A stretch of 64,000 nucleotides of DNA from positions 64,001-128,000 of the forward strand of contig JBCCHT010000017.1 in NCBI GenBank assembly GCA_039028615.1. The letters run 5' to 3'. A program made the translations under genes and the position numbers. Shown piece by piece: positions 20,909 through 29,766 of this stretch; position 1 is the first letter of the stretch, and every line of letters starts with the position of its first letter. The notes below the pieces were generated by a model, which saw only the letters and a list, made by a program, of their open reading frames with translations, made no database searches and had not been told where the DNA came from. The stretch is from Myxococcota bacterium (GTDB taxonomy: Bacteria > Myxococcota_A > Polyangia > Nannocystales > Nannocystaceae).

Positions 20909-21745
20909 TCAGGCGGCGAGAGCGGGACGCGTGGGCTTGGGCAGCTGCACCAGCGACCCCCACAGCGTGGTGCCGAACTGTTGGGGTGAGCGACGGATCT
21001 GCCACCACGCCACCACGCCGACCACGAGGCTCACCGCGCTGAGGGCCTGATGGGCGAGCGGGGAGAACAGCGAGGCTTCGGCCAGGGGCCACGCCTCGGG
21101 CAGCGCCACCACCGACGCCTCGGTCATGGTGATGCAGAACGCCAACGAATACGCCCGCGCCTGAGTGTAGCGATGCGCACCGAGGCGAAGCGCAGCGAAG
21201 ATGGGCACCGCGAGGAGCAGCGCGGCGATGTACGTGTAGTCCCCCTGGTAGCCGCGCACGGACTCGTAGGAGAACAGAAAGCAGAAGTTCCACACGGTGT
21301 AGGCGGCGATGAACCACCAGGACGTGGGATAGGACAGCGAGTGGCGGTCGTCGACACGCAGGGTCTGCGGCGCGGGCAGCAAGCCGATGACGAGCAGACC
21401 GGCCGCGAAGTTGAGCCAGTGCCCGCTGGAGAAGTCCTGCGCGGTGGCCTCGACGATGTTGAGCAAAAAGAGCAGCGAGAACAGCACGGTGAAGGCCCGG
21501 CTGCGCAGGCCCAGTCGCATCGCAGTGAGATAGACCCCGACGAAGATCATCGTCATCGACTTGGCGAGGTTGAACCAGCCGTTCCACTCCGTCTGCAGGA
21601 TGAGGGGCAGGATCGCCACGGGCAGCACGATGAACAGCGCCACGCTCATCGATCGGGAGCCGCGGGTCAGCTCGATGACCGCCCACAGCACGAGGCCGAG
21701 CAGCGCGAGCTGGAGGGTCAGGGTCGAGACGGAGAGCAAATCCAT
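20909..21745 (-). CDS. multi-pass membrane protein (DUF5692-like)
   Basis: WFNLAK, LNIVEA..QD, W.FIAAYTVWNFCF and QARAYSL motifs recalled from DUF5692-type proteins. Confidence 0.65.
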   Translation of the reverse strand: MDLLSVSTLTLQLALLGLVLWAVIELTRGSRSMSVALFIVLPVAILPLILQTEWNGWFNLAKSMTMIFVGVYLTAMRLGLRSRAFTVLFSLLFLLNIVEATAQDFSSGHWLNFAAGLLVIGLLPAPQTLRVDDRHSLSYPTSWWFIAAYTVWNFCFLFSYESVRGYQGDYTYIAALLLAVPIFAALRLGAHRYTQARAYSLAFCITMTEASVVALPEAWPLAEASLFSPLAHQALSAVSLVVGVVAWWQIRRSPQQFGTTLWGSLVQLPKPTRPALAA

Positions 21746-21927
21746 GGCACTTACTTTCGGCCGCCGAACGCGGCAGCGAAGGTGTCCAGGGTGCAGTCCC
21801 CCGGGCTACTCAATCCATTCAACCAACCCCGAAAAACAGGGGCGTCCTGCCGCGACTCGACCCACTGGCTACGGCCACTGCCAGGTGGCGAGTGTCGCCA
21901 AGCTCGGCGTGCGATCGAGCGTCCAGC

Positions 21928-22821
21928 TCAGATGTTTAGACCGCGGAGGCGCTTGTACAGGTCGGACGCGACCGAAAACGGCAGCGTCGCCACCGAGGAC
22001 CACCAATGGTTCACCGTGACCGAGGGCCCCAGCGACAGCGCGTAGTGCCACATTCGCCCCGGCATGAAGAGCATGTCGCCCTCGGACAGCTCGCAGTGCC
22101 AGCCCTGCGCCAGCGGCAGGCGGGGGAACCGGCGGAAGTCCGGGGCGCCGAGGTCGACGCGCGACAGGTGAGGCACGCTCGACCACGGCGGGAACGGATA
22201 CAGGTTGCGGTACTCGCCGAACGGATACAGCAAGAAGCGCTTCGCGCCGCTGACCTGCGCGATCAGGTTGTTCGGCAGATCGAAGTGCAGGCGGCTGACG
22301 GTGTCCTGCGCGCTGAACCACAGGTTGCGTCGCAGGCGGAGGCCTCCGCGGCAGTACTCGGGATCGACCCACTGGCGGCGAAGCTCGTCGGGCAGGCGAT
22401 CCAATGGCGCCCGAAAGTAGCCCTCGGGTCTGCGCCCGGCGATGACGTCGGCGGCATAGTCGGCCAGGCCGATCTCCCGTAGCTGGAAGCCGGTTCGCGC
22501 ATCCAGCCGGACCTGCCCGTCGGGCACGACATAGGCCTTCGAACGCAGCGAACCCGCGTGCTCGCGCAGGTACTCCGGCGTCCAGCGACCCACCGCGGCA
22601 CAATCCTCGAGCGCCCCCTGAATCACCAGGGGCAGGCCGGCCCGGGCCATGCGACGCAAGGTCGGCACCGACGGCCGGGTCATGCGTCGTACCGACCGCA
22701 GCGGGAGCGTCGGGAGCTCGGGCCCCAGGGGGGCGGTCTCTTCCGGCTCCGACTTCACCGCCTCGCTCGGCTCGTCGCCAGCGGCATCGGGAGACGGAAT
22801 CACGGGCAGTCGGCGGCGCAT
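21928..22821 (-). CDS. JmjC/cupin_8 Fe(II)/2OG oxygenase
   Basis: WTPEYL, NLWF, LHFD, QVSGAKRF, GDMLFMPGRMWH. The ORF-track start at 23103 lies inside the MITE, so ATG 22821 was chosen (uncertain). Confidence 0.85.
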   Translation of the reverse strand: MRRRLPVIPSPDAAGDEPSEAVKSEPEETAPLGPELPTLPLRSVRRMTRPSVPTLRRMARAGLPLVIQGALEDCAAVGRWTPEYLREHAGSLRSKAYVVPDGQVRLDARTGFQLREIGLADYAADVIAGRRPEGYFRAPLDRLPDELRRQWVDPEYCRGGLRLRRNLWFSAQDTVSRLHFDLPNNLIAQVSGAKRFLLYPFGEYRNLYPFPPWSSVPHLSRVDLGAPDFRRFPRLPLAQGWHCELSEGDMLFMPGRMWHYALSLGPSVTVNHWWSSVATLPFSVASDLYKRLRGLNI

Positions 22822-23051
22822 CTCGGGCAGAGGGCCAGGGTACCACCCCACCCCGGCACATCGGCTCCAGGCCCCCAACAACCGCGATACGCTGCCCAAC
22901 CCGGTGACCAGAGCCCCTCTCGCAACCCTCCCGAGTGCTCGTCTGCAGAGCGGCGCGTCGAGGACGAGGCGGGAATTCGCCGCGGGTTCGAGCCTACCAA
23001 CGGCATGCGGTGCCGCGCCCCAGGGCGCGAGAGGTTTTACCGATGGGCTCA

Positions 23052-23211
23052 AGTGTGGTGAGTCTGCAATCCGTTTCAAAAGAACGCTGTCAGCGCGGGC
23101 CATGCCAAGGCACGAAGAGGGCGTTCATTGGGCCTGAGCAACCGATGAGGAACGCAGGCATGGGCCGCGGGGGCGGTGCTATTTTGGAGCGGATTGCAGA
23201 CTCACCACACT
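23052..23211. mobile_element. MITE-like element (~160 bp) with terminal inverted repeats
   Basis: AGTGTGGTGAGTCTGCAATCCG (23052-23073) is the exact reverse complement of CGGATTGCAGACTCACCACACT (23190-23211), extendable to 30 bp with 2 mismatches. Ends overlap CAAG/CTAG. No transposase nearby. Confidence 0.7.
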
Positions 23212-23274
23212 AGCCACTCCGCCGAGGCCGCGGCCGGCCCCAGCAGTCGCCCGACGGGCAGCCGTGGAGCGCTC

Positions 23275-24165
23275 GTGCTGCGGTGGGCACTCGGGCTCGC
23301 GATCGTGGCTTGGGTGGTCGCGGCCGCGTCGGGAGAGGCCGTCCTCGCGGCGTTCCGTTCGGTGGATCCGCTGCTCTATGGCGTCTTTTGTGTGGGATTC
23401 GCGCTGCTGAATCTGCTGCTCGACACCGTGGCCGCGGTCCCCACCCATCGCCATGCCGCGCCCGCGCTGCGATACGGAGAGTACGCGATCGTCCGCGGCG
23501 CGGCGCACCTCACCGGAGCGATCAACGTGCATGTGGGCCAAGCCCACGTGAGCCTGTTGCTCGTGCGCGAGTACGGGGCTCGGGTCGCCGACGTCCTGGC
23601 CACCACCCTCGTCTGCTACGGCACCGCCTTGGGAGGGCTGCTCGCGGTGGGGCTCGCCCCCGTCCTGTCGACGTCTTCGCCTGCCTGGCTGACGTGGAGC
23701 GTGCTCGGTGGTCTGGGGGCCGCGATGCTCTACGGCGCCGCGCTGCTGCGGCCTCCGGGCGCCCTCGCTCGACTCCCCGTGTTCTCCAAGCTGCACGCGA
23801 TGGGGGTCGTCACGCAGCTGCGGCTGTTGGTCCTACGCCTGCCCTCGGTGCTGCTGCACATGCTGGGCATCTGGGTGGGCTATGCGTTCTTCGGCATCGT
23901 GCTGCCGCTGGAGGAGGCGCTGGTCGTGGTGCCGGTCTTGACGATCGCGAGCGCGGTGCCGCTGGTGCCCCACGGGATCGGGGCCCGAGACCTCGCCGCG
24001 TTCTCGCTGCTCGGCGCCGCGGCCAGTACCCAGGAACTGGGCAGCCTGGTGTCGGCTGGAGTCGCGTTCGCGGCGGGCAGCACCCTGGCGCAAGCGGTCG
24101 TGGGCCTGGCCTTCACGCCCGCGCTCCACCGCCTGCGAACGCGACGCGACGTGGCCGCGCGCTAG
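23275..24165 (+). CDS. lysylphosphatidylglycerol-synthase TM domain (flippase-like) membrane protein
   Basis: LRWALGLAIVAWV N-terminus, VPLVPHGIGARD C-terminal motif and about 8 TMs. GGAG before GTG 23275. Confidence 0.75.
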   Translation: MLRWALGLAIVAWVVAAASGEAVLAAFRSVDPLLYGVFCVGFALLNLLLDTVAAVPTHRHAAPALRYGEYAIVRGAAHLTGAINVHVGQAHVSLLLVREYGARVADVLATTLVCYGTALGGLLAVGLAPVLSTSSPAWLTWSVLGGLGAAMLYGAALLRPPGALARLPVFSKLHAMGVVTQLRLLVLRLPSVLLHMLGIWVGYAFFGIVLPLEEALVVVPVLTIASAVPLVPHGIGARDLAAFSLLGAAASTQELGSLVSAGVAFAAGSTLAQAVVGLAFTPALHRLRTRRDVAAR

Positions 24166-25064
24166 ACCACGGTGATGAATAGCAGCGCCCCGCTCACCGC
24201 GCTGGCGAGACGATGCTGCGAGCGCAGCGTGGCCACCTTGGCGTCATCGGATCCGCAGCGCCACAAGAGCACGGGGAACACCAGGACGTAGGGAATGGCG
24301 TGCACGGCCAGCCACAGCGAGACCCCGGCTCGCTCGGCGAGAAACCAGGACGCCACCACCACGCAAAGACCCATGAGCGCGGTCGCCAACACCACGCCCC
24401 GAGCCCCCAGCAGGCCGTAAGTGGTCTGGAGTCCGCCGTCGCGGTCTTCCTTGGCGTCGGCCGCCTCGTGCAGCAGCTGGTTTTGCAGCAGCAACGCGCT
24501 GAAGGTGCCCACCAAGGCCCACTGGGCGGGGCTCATCGTGTCGCCGACCAAGCCCAGGACCATCAGCGGCGCAAAGCAGCCCACGTTGAGCAGCGTGCAG
24601 ATGATCGGATAGCCCTTGAGCCGCGGACCCGCGGAGTACAGCGTGCCCGAGACGATGCAGGTGAGCGTGGCCCCGAGCACCAACGACGACGCCCCCGCGG
24701 CCAGGGCGAGCGCGATGCAGGGCATCAGCACCGCGAGTGCGTAGTGCAAGCGCGACGGACGACGCGCCTGCACGAAGGGGTTCTTCGATGCGCTGAGGTC
24801 GAGGTTGCGATCGGAGATGGCGTTGAGCAGGTAGCCCCAGCCCAGCACGATGGCCGCCAAGACCACGCCGCGGACCAGCGCGGGCACGCTGTCCATGAGC
24901 GGGAGCGCGCGATCGAAGCAGGCGAAGGGCAAGATCGCGAAGTGCAGCCACTGGGCGGGGCGCAGCGCCTCCATGATGCCCGCCGATGCCGACGCCGACT
25001 CGGGTGCCACGTGACCCGCGGCTGCCCCGGGAGGGTCATCGATGGCGGGGCAGTCGGCGTCCAT
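24162..25064 (-). CDS. UbiA-family prenyltransferase-like membrane protein
   Basis: ALRPAQW, YLLNAISDRNLD, TLYS..PRLK, HEAADAKED..GG.QT. Alternative start at 24974. Confidence 0.85.
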   Translation of the reverse strand: MDADCPAIDDPPGAAAGHVAPESASASAGIMEALRPAQWLHFAILPFACFDRALPLMDSVPALVRGVVLAAIVLGWGYLLNAISDRNLDLSASKNPFVQARRPSRLHYALAVLMPCIALALAAGASSLVLGATLTCIVSGTLYSAGPRLKGYPIICTLLNVGCFAPLMVLGLVGDTMSPAQWALVGTFSALLLQNQLLHEAADAKEDRDGGLQTTYGLLGARGVVLATALMGLCVVVASWFLAERAGVSLWLAVHAIPYVLVFPVLLWRCGSDDAKVATLRSQHRLASAVSGALLFITVV

Positions 25065-25087
25065 GGCTTCGCGGCTCGTATCCCACC

Positions 25088-27484
25088 CTACCGCAGCCGC
25101 AGGCTCTCCACCATCCACGGATCGAGCTGTTCGAGCTCCGCAACGAGGCCCACGATCGCCTCGGGAGGTCCAACCTCGCGCTGCTTCAGCACCAATTGCG
25201 CCTCGACGGGTCCTGGGCTGGTCAGCTCGATGACCTGCGTCCGGCTGGACTCCGCGGTGTAATCGGTGGCCGAACATTCGACCGCGCTGCACTCGACCAG
25301 GTCCCACCCCCGCCGGAGGATCAGGTACCGAGTGCCCTCGTCGGCCGTACGCACGGTGAGTCGCTGCATGACGGTGGCGGGGTCGACCGCTTCGGGCCAC
25401 GGCGAGACGTCCATGTTCCGCGCCCGCTGGTGCCAAGTCGCCTCGGGATCGAGCTGCCCGGCGTCGACCACGGGCTGGCACCAGCGCTCGCCGTCGATCT
25501 GGCCGCACGCCTCGAACTCGCCGCGCTGCACCCACGGCTCGGGGCCGAGACCGAGCACCGCGACGTGGCTGGCCAGCGGCACGCGCTCCCAGCCTCCGGG
25601 GAGCTCTGGAGGCTCGTCGGGGAACATGAATGCCACGATGGGCCGTTGCCCGGCCTGACGCTCGGACTCCAGTGGGGTGTCGGGGTACAGCAGCGCGAGC
25701 CCGACGACATGGGCGAATCGAGAGGGCGCTTGCACCGAGAGCCCGACTCGATCGCGGGGAACACCGCGAGCGTGCAATGCCTTCGCCAGCAACTCCACAT
25801 CCTCGAGGCCGTAGGCCTGTTCGGGGTCCTCGGGGCCCTGGTTGTACGCCACCGCACCCGCGGCCAGCCATGCCGCGACCTGCCACCGCGGGTTCGGAAT
25901 GAGGCTCAGCAATCGAGCGCCGATGAAACCGGCGAAGCACGCGACGCCCGGCACCACCGCGGCGAAGTAGTGGCGCCGGGGGAGTTCCACGAGGATGGCC
26001 GCCGCCCCGATCGCGCTCACGACGAGCACGGTCGCGACGTAGATCAGGACCCGCTGACGAGCCACCGCCGACAGGCGCTCGAAACGGCCGCGCACCAGAC
26101 CGCCCAGGCCAACGCCCACCGGGACGCCCAGCGCGATGACCACGGGCAGAGGGCCCGCCGATTCCGTGCTGCGCCAGCTCAACACCGACTCGGGGTCGAT
26201 GATCGCGATCGTCAGGAACGCAGCATTGGCGGCCAGCAGGGCGTCGAAGGTCGAGCGGGCGCGAAGACTGGCGATGCCGGCCACCAGCGGAATGGCGAAC
26301 ACGTTGGTCGGATGAGCCTGCATCGCGAGGCCGGCCATGGCCCCGGCCGCAACCGCGAGCGACGGACCGCCGCGCTCGAGCAGGAGGGAGCACGACAAGA
26401 ACAGCGCCGCCAAGGGCAGCGTGGCCATGGCCGGGTTCCACAGCAACGGGTGGACCGCGAGCCACGGGCCGAGGAGTCCGGCCGCCAGCGCTGCCGCCCA
26501 AGCACCCCCGACCCCGTGCAGCCGTACCGCGAGCACGGCACACAGCGCGGCCGCGAGAGCGGCGCTCAGATCTCGAATCCAAGAGATCGTACCGAGGTCG
26601 GCACCCATCGAGCGCAAGGCCCCCAGCACCATCGGCCACAGACGCCCGTGCTGGATTCCCGGGATGGAGGACGAGTGGCTTCCCGGACCGACGCCCTCGA
26701 CCCAAAAGTCACGGGCGACGGCGAGATCACGCATCGAGTCATGGCGAATGGGCAGGCCGTGGCCAGACATCGCCAGGTACACCCCGGTGACCGCCATGGC
26801 CCCCGCCATGATCGCCAGCATCGTCGAACCGTGCGGCGACGGCAGCGGCACCCAACCGCGCTCCGCCCCATCGGAACGCCGAGAGCGCGCCAGCCAGGTC
26901 GCCAGCCCCGTCCCGAGCAAGAAGACCCACAACAACAGCCACGGGACGCGGGCCAGCAGATGAGCCCCGTCGTCCTCGGCCGAGCCGCGCGGTTTGGTGG
27001 ACTCGTCCCACTCCGCGACCATGTCCTCGAGCTCGAACGATCCCGCCTCGGTCCGTCTCTCCGCGGGCTGAATCAAGGCGACGATCGAGTCTTCGGGTTT
27101 GTCGGCCGCTTCGACTTCGCACGCCGTGAGCTCGGCGACGACGATCGGATCTTCGGCCAAGGCGGGGCCGAGCCCGGTCAACGCCGCCCCCAGCTCCTCG
27201 GGGAGCCGTGTGGCGCTGCTGCTGGTGACGAATTGATCGCCATCGACCTGAAGCGCCAACGCACCGGTCTCCCCCGAGAGCGTCTCGATCTCCAGGAATA
27301 TGACCGCGCCGTGGACGGTGGCCGTGATCGGCGCGAGCTCGGGCATCAACGCCGTCGCACGAGCGCGCACGACTTCGGGATCGCAAGAGCCCACGAGGTC
27401 TTCGGCGTAGGACTCGCCCGCGCCCAGTTCTCCTGCCCCGGGGTCACCCAGCAGCGCGAGACCGAGGACCCAGGCAGACAGCAC
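25088..27484 (-). CDS. large GT-C-like membrane protein with exported N-terminal domain
   Basis: Signal peptide and acidic soluble domain, then TM-HDSMRD...G..W, LWNPA, GLAMQAHP, multiple TMs and a soluble C-terminus. Confidence 0.7.
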   Translation of the reverse strand: MLSAWVLGLALLGDPGAGELGAGESYAEDLVGSCDPEVVRARATALMPELAPITATVHGAVIFLEIETLSGETGALALQVDGDQFVTSSSATRLPEELGAALTGLGPALAEDPIVVAELTACEVEAADKPEDSIVALIQPAERRTEAGSFELEDMVAEWDESTKPRGSAEDDGAHLLARVPWLLLWVFLLGTGLATWLARSRRSDGAERGWVPLPSPHGSTMLAIMAGAMAVTGVYLAMSGHGLPIRHDSMRDLAVARDFWVEGVGPGSHSSSIPGIQHGRLWPMVLGALRSMGADLGTISWIRDLSAALAAALCAVLAVRLHGVGGAWAAALAAGLLGPWLAVHPLLWNPAMATLPLAALFLSCSLLLERGGPSLAVAAGAMAGLAMQAHPTNVFAIPLVAGIASLRARSTFDALLAANAAFLTIAIIDPESVLSWRSTESAGPLPVVIALGVPVGVGLGGLVRGRFERLSAVARQRVLIYVATVLVVSAIGAAAILVELPRRHYFAAVVPGVACFAGFIGARLLSLIPNPRWQVAAWLAAGAVAYNQGPEDPEQAYGLEDVELLAKALHARGVPRDRVGLSVQAPSRFAHVVGLALLYPDTPLESERQAGQRPIVAFMFPDEPPELPGGWERVPLASHVAVLGLGPEPWVQRGEFEACGQIDGERWCQPVVDAGQLDPEATWHQRARNMDVSPWPEAVDPATVMQRLTVRTADEGTRYLILRRGWDLVECSAVECSATDYTAESSRTQVIELTSPGPVEAQLVLKQREVGPPEAIVGLVAELEQLDPWMVESLRLR

Positions 27485-27502
27485 GGCTCGATCCTGACGG
27501 AT

Positions 27503-28264
27503 TCAGACCAAGGAGCGCAATAGCTCGCTGTCGCCCACGTAGGGCTTCCAGCTCTCGTCCCGCCAGGAAGGCGCCTCGGCATGGCTCGCCGTGAAGTAGC
27601 AGGCCACGAACGAACGCAAGCCCGCGGAGCGCTTGGGGCGGGCGGCGTGCCAGGTATTTTGCTCGGCCAAGACCACCGTGCCCCGGCGACACGACAGCTC
27701 GACCTGCCCCTCCCAGTGCTCGTCGTTGGGGTCGAAGGGCGGCCGCGTCGGATCCTCGAGGCGGCGCGGGTACACCAGCAGCTCGCCGTTTTCGGGGGTC
27801 AAGTCGTCGAGGTACAGCAGCATGGTGAGCCGCTCCGACCGCGTGAACGTGGGGAACAGCCCCTTTTTGCGGTAGACCAGGTTGTCGACGCCCCCGACGT
27901 GCATGTGCCAGGGAAAGAAGGGGCGGTCGCCGTGGTTGACGATGGCCGCGGTGTACTCGAGGAACATGTCGTCTCCGAGCACGGCCCGGGCCGAGGCCAC
28001 CACCTCGGGATCGAGCAGGTGCCCCGCCAGCTCGCCGCAGTGCTTGCCGAGCTGGTGAAAGACCAGGCCCACCACCGAGACCTCCACGTCGGGCGCAGGC
28101 TCGAGCGGCGGGCGAGCGAAGGTGATCGGCGACCCGATCTCCGTGTAGCGCGTGGTGATGCGTTCGCGGATGAAATCGACCGCGTCCGGGCGGCAGGCGT
28201 CCTCGAAGACCGCGTAGCCTCGCTCGCGGATCTCGGCCGCGGCCTGCTGTGCACGCGTGGTCAT
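27503..28264 (-). CDS. PhyH-family Fe(II)/2OG dioxygenase-like protein (H-x-H variant), paralog of 13430-14218
   Basis: IRERGY, WHMH, YLDDLTPENGELLVYP, TWHAA, R. Confidence 0.85.
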   Translation of the reverse strand: MTTRAQQAAAEIRERGYAVFEDACRPDAVDFIRERITTRYTEIGSPITFARPPLEPAPDVEVSVVGLVFHQLGKHCGELAGHLLDPEVVASARAVLGDDMFLEYTAAIVNHGDRPFFPWHMHVGGVDNLVYRKKGLFPTFTRSERLTMLLYLDDLTPENGELLVYPRRLEDPTRPPFDPNDEHWEGQVELSCRRGTVVLAEQNTWHAARPKRSAGLRSFVACYFTASHAEAPSWRDESWKPYVGDSELLRSLV

Positions 28265-28278
28265 GGGCAGCTACGATC

Positions 28279-29646
28279 CTAGCCCGCCGTCGGCCGGGTG
28301 CCCAGCGGCTCCACCACCGCGTCACCGTAGCGAGCATGCTCCTCGGGGCGCACGCCGAAGCAGGCATCGGCGACCCGGCAATCATCGCAGGACGGGAGCT
28401 TGACGCGGAAGTGACGGGGCAGCGGACCCGGGATCGGACGCAGGCTGACGACGCGTGGATCGGCCCCGAACGCGCACAAAGCCGGGCCGCAGGGTCCATC
28501 GAGCCCGTCGAGCTCGAGGCCCACCGCCACCGCCCGCTCCACCGTCTCGCGCAACGCAGAGCGGAGCTGGTGGGGCTCGGGCAGCATGTCCTGCAGCAGC
28601 TGCTTTTCGTAGGGCTCGGTCGGGTACGAGAGCATCAGGCCGGAGATCCCACGGTGGCCGAACTCGCGGGCGATGAGGTCCGGCAGCTCGGGCAATCGCT
28701 CGAGGCCCGCGCTGGTCATCACCGCGTTGAGCTTCACCGCCACCCCGGCCGCCAGCAGCCGCTGGATGCCCGCGACCGTGCGTCCGTGGGTCCCCGGGGC
28801 GCGGGTGATCGCGTCCGAGACCTCGGGATCGGAGCTGTGCAGCGAGACGAAGGCGTCGGTGAGGCCCGCCTCCCTCAGGGTCTGCGCGTAGTCCCCTCGG
28901 CTACAGCGGATCGCGTTGGTCTCGAGGGTGATCGTCGAAAAGCCCAGCCCCCGGGCGAAGCGCAGGTGCTCGGGGAGCTTGGCGTCCAGCGAAGGCTCGC
29001 CGCCCGAGATCAGCAACGCACGCGCCCCCGCGGCGTACAGGTCCTCGATCCAGGTCCGTACTTGCTCCGCCCCGAACCCACCCCAGTCGCGCGACTGCCA
29101 GCACATGCCGCAGTCCTGGTTGCACAGGTAGCCGAGCCGCACCAAGCCCACGCGCGGCTCCACCCCCGCGACGATCTGTCGGTGGAACTCCATGCGCACG
29201 CCGACCGGGATCCGTCGCAGTCGTGCCGCGACCTCGGCGGCTTGTTTCCAGCGCGCCGCCGTCGTCGCTCGCGCCACGCGATCGGCCAAGGTCTGCATGA
29301 CCTTCATGTAGCGATCGGCTCCCGGGTTGAGCCGCACGACCTCGACCTCGACCGCAATGCTGCCGACGCCCTGGAACCGCCGCATCCGCAGATGAGCGAC
29401 CGGAGCCTCCAGACCCAACACCAAGTCGATGCTGCCCCGCGGGACCTCGACGCCCAACAGGCGCAAACCCGAGGCCGGCAAGTCCACGGGCAGCGACGGG
29501 GCCCGCACCAGGATGCCGGCAATCTCCAACGCCAGCCGGTCTCCCTCGATCTCGGCGGGTGGCGGATCGCGAAAAACGGGCTCTGACGGGCGCTGCGACG
29601 AGTCCCCGGAGGACGGGCTCGATCCTGCCGTCACGCCCACCAGCAT
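28279..29646 (-). CDS. radical SAM protein (HxsC-like) with N-terminal accessory domain
   Basis: CNQDCGMC, ISGGEP, LETNA, FVSLH, CDDCRVADACFG. Only the 3' part of the 1462-aa track ORF looks real. Confidence 0.88.
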   Translation of the reverse strand: MLVGVTAGSSPSSGDSSQRPSEPVFRDPPPAEIEGDRLALEIAGILVRAPSLPVDLPASGLRLLGVEVPRGSIDLVLGLEAPVAHLRMRRFQGVGSIAVEVEVVRLNPGADRYMKVMQTLADRVARATTAARWKQAAEVAARLRRIPVGVRMEFHRQIVAGVEPRVGLVRLGYLCNQDCGMCWQSRDWGGFGAEQVRTWIEDLYAAGARALLISGGEPSLDAKLPEHLRFARGLGFSTITLETNAIRCSRGDYAQTLREAGLTDAFVSLHSSDPEVSDAITRAPGTHGRTVAGIQRLLAAGVAVKLNAVMTSAGLERLPELPDLIAREFGHRGISGLMLSYPTEPYEKQLLQDMLPEPHQLRSALRETVERAVAVGLELDGLDGPCGPALCAFGADPRVVSLRPIPGPLPRHFRVKLPSCDDCRVADACFGVRPEEHARYGDAVVEPLGTRPTAG

Positions 29647-29766
29647 AGACCCTCCGTCGCCCCGTCGCGACCAGCGTTCCTCGCTCCCCTCGGTTGATCG
29701 GCGAAACCCCCTGGGCGATACTCGACAGCGCTCTTTACGGGCTCGTAGCGGGCATCTGGTCGTTCC

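Noticed and set aside
23203..23220. HHTSHS as a His-Xaa-Ser precursor motif
   Set aside because: A single occurrence created by the MITE end and flank, not a repeat and not in a standalone small ORF.
25065..26705. 5' extension of the 847-aa ORF containing UbiA
   Set aside because: Out-of-frame overlap with the GT-C-like gene and Arg/Gly/Ala-rich shadow composition.
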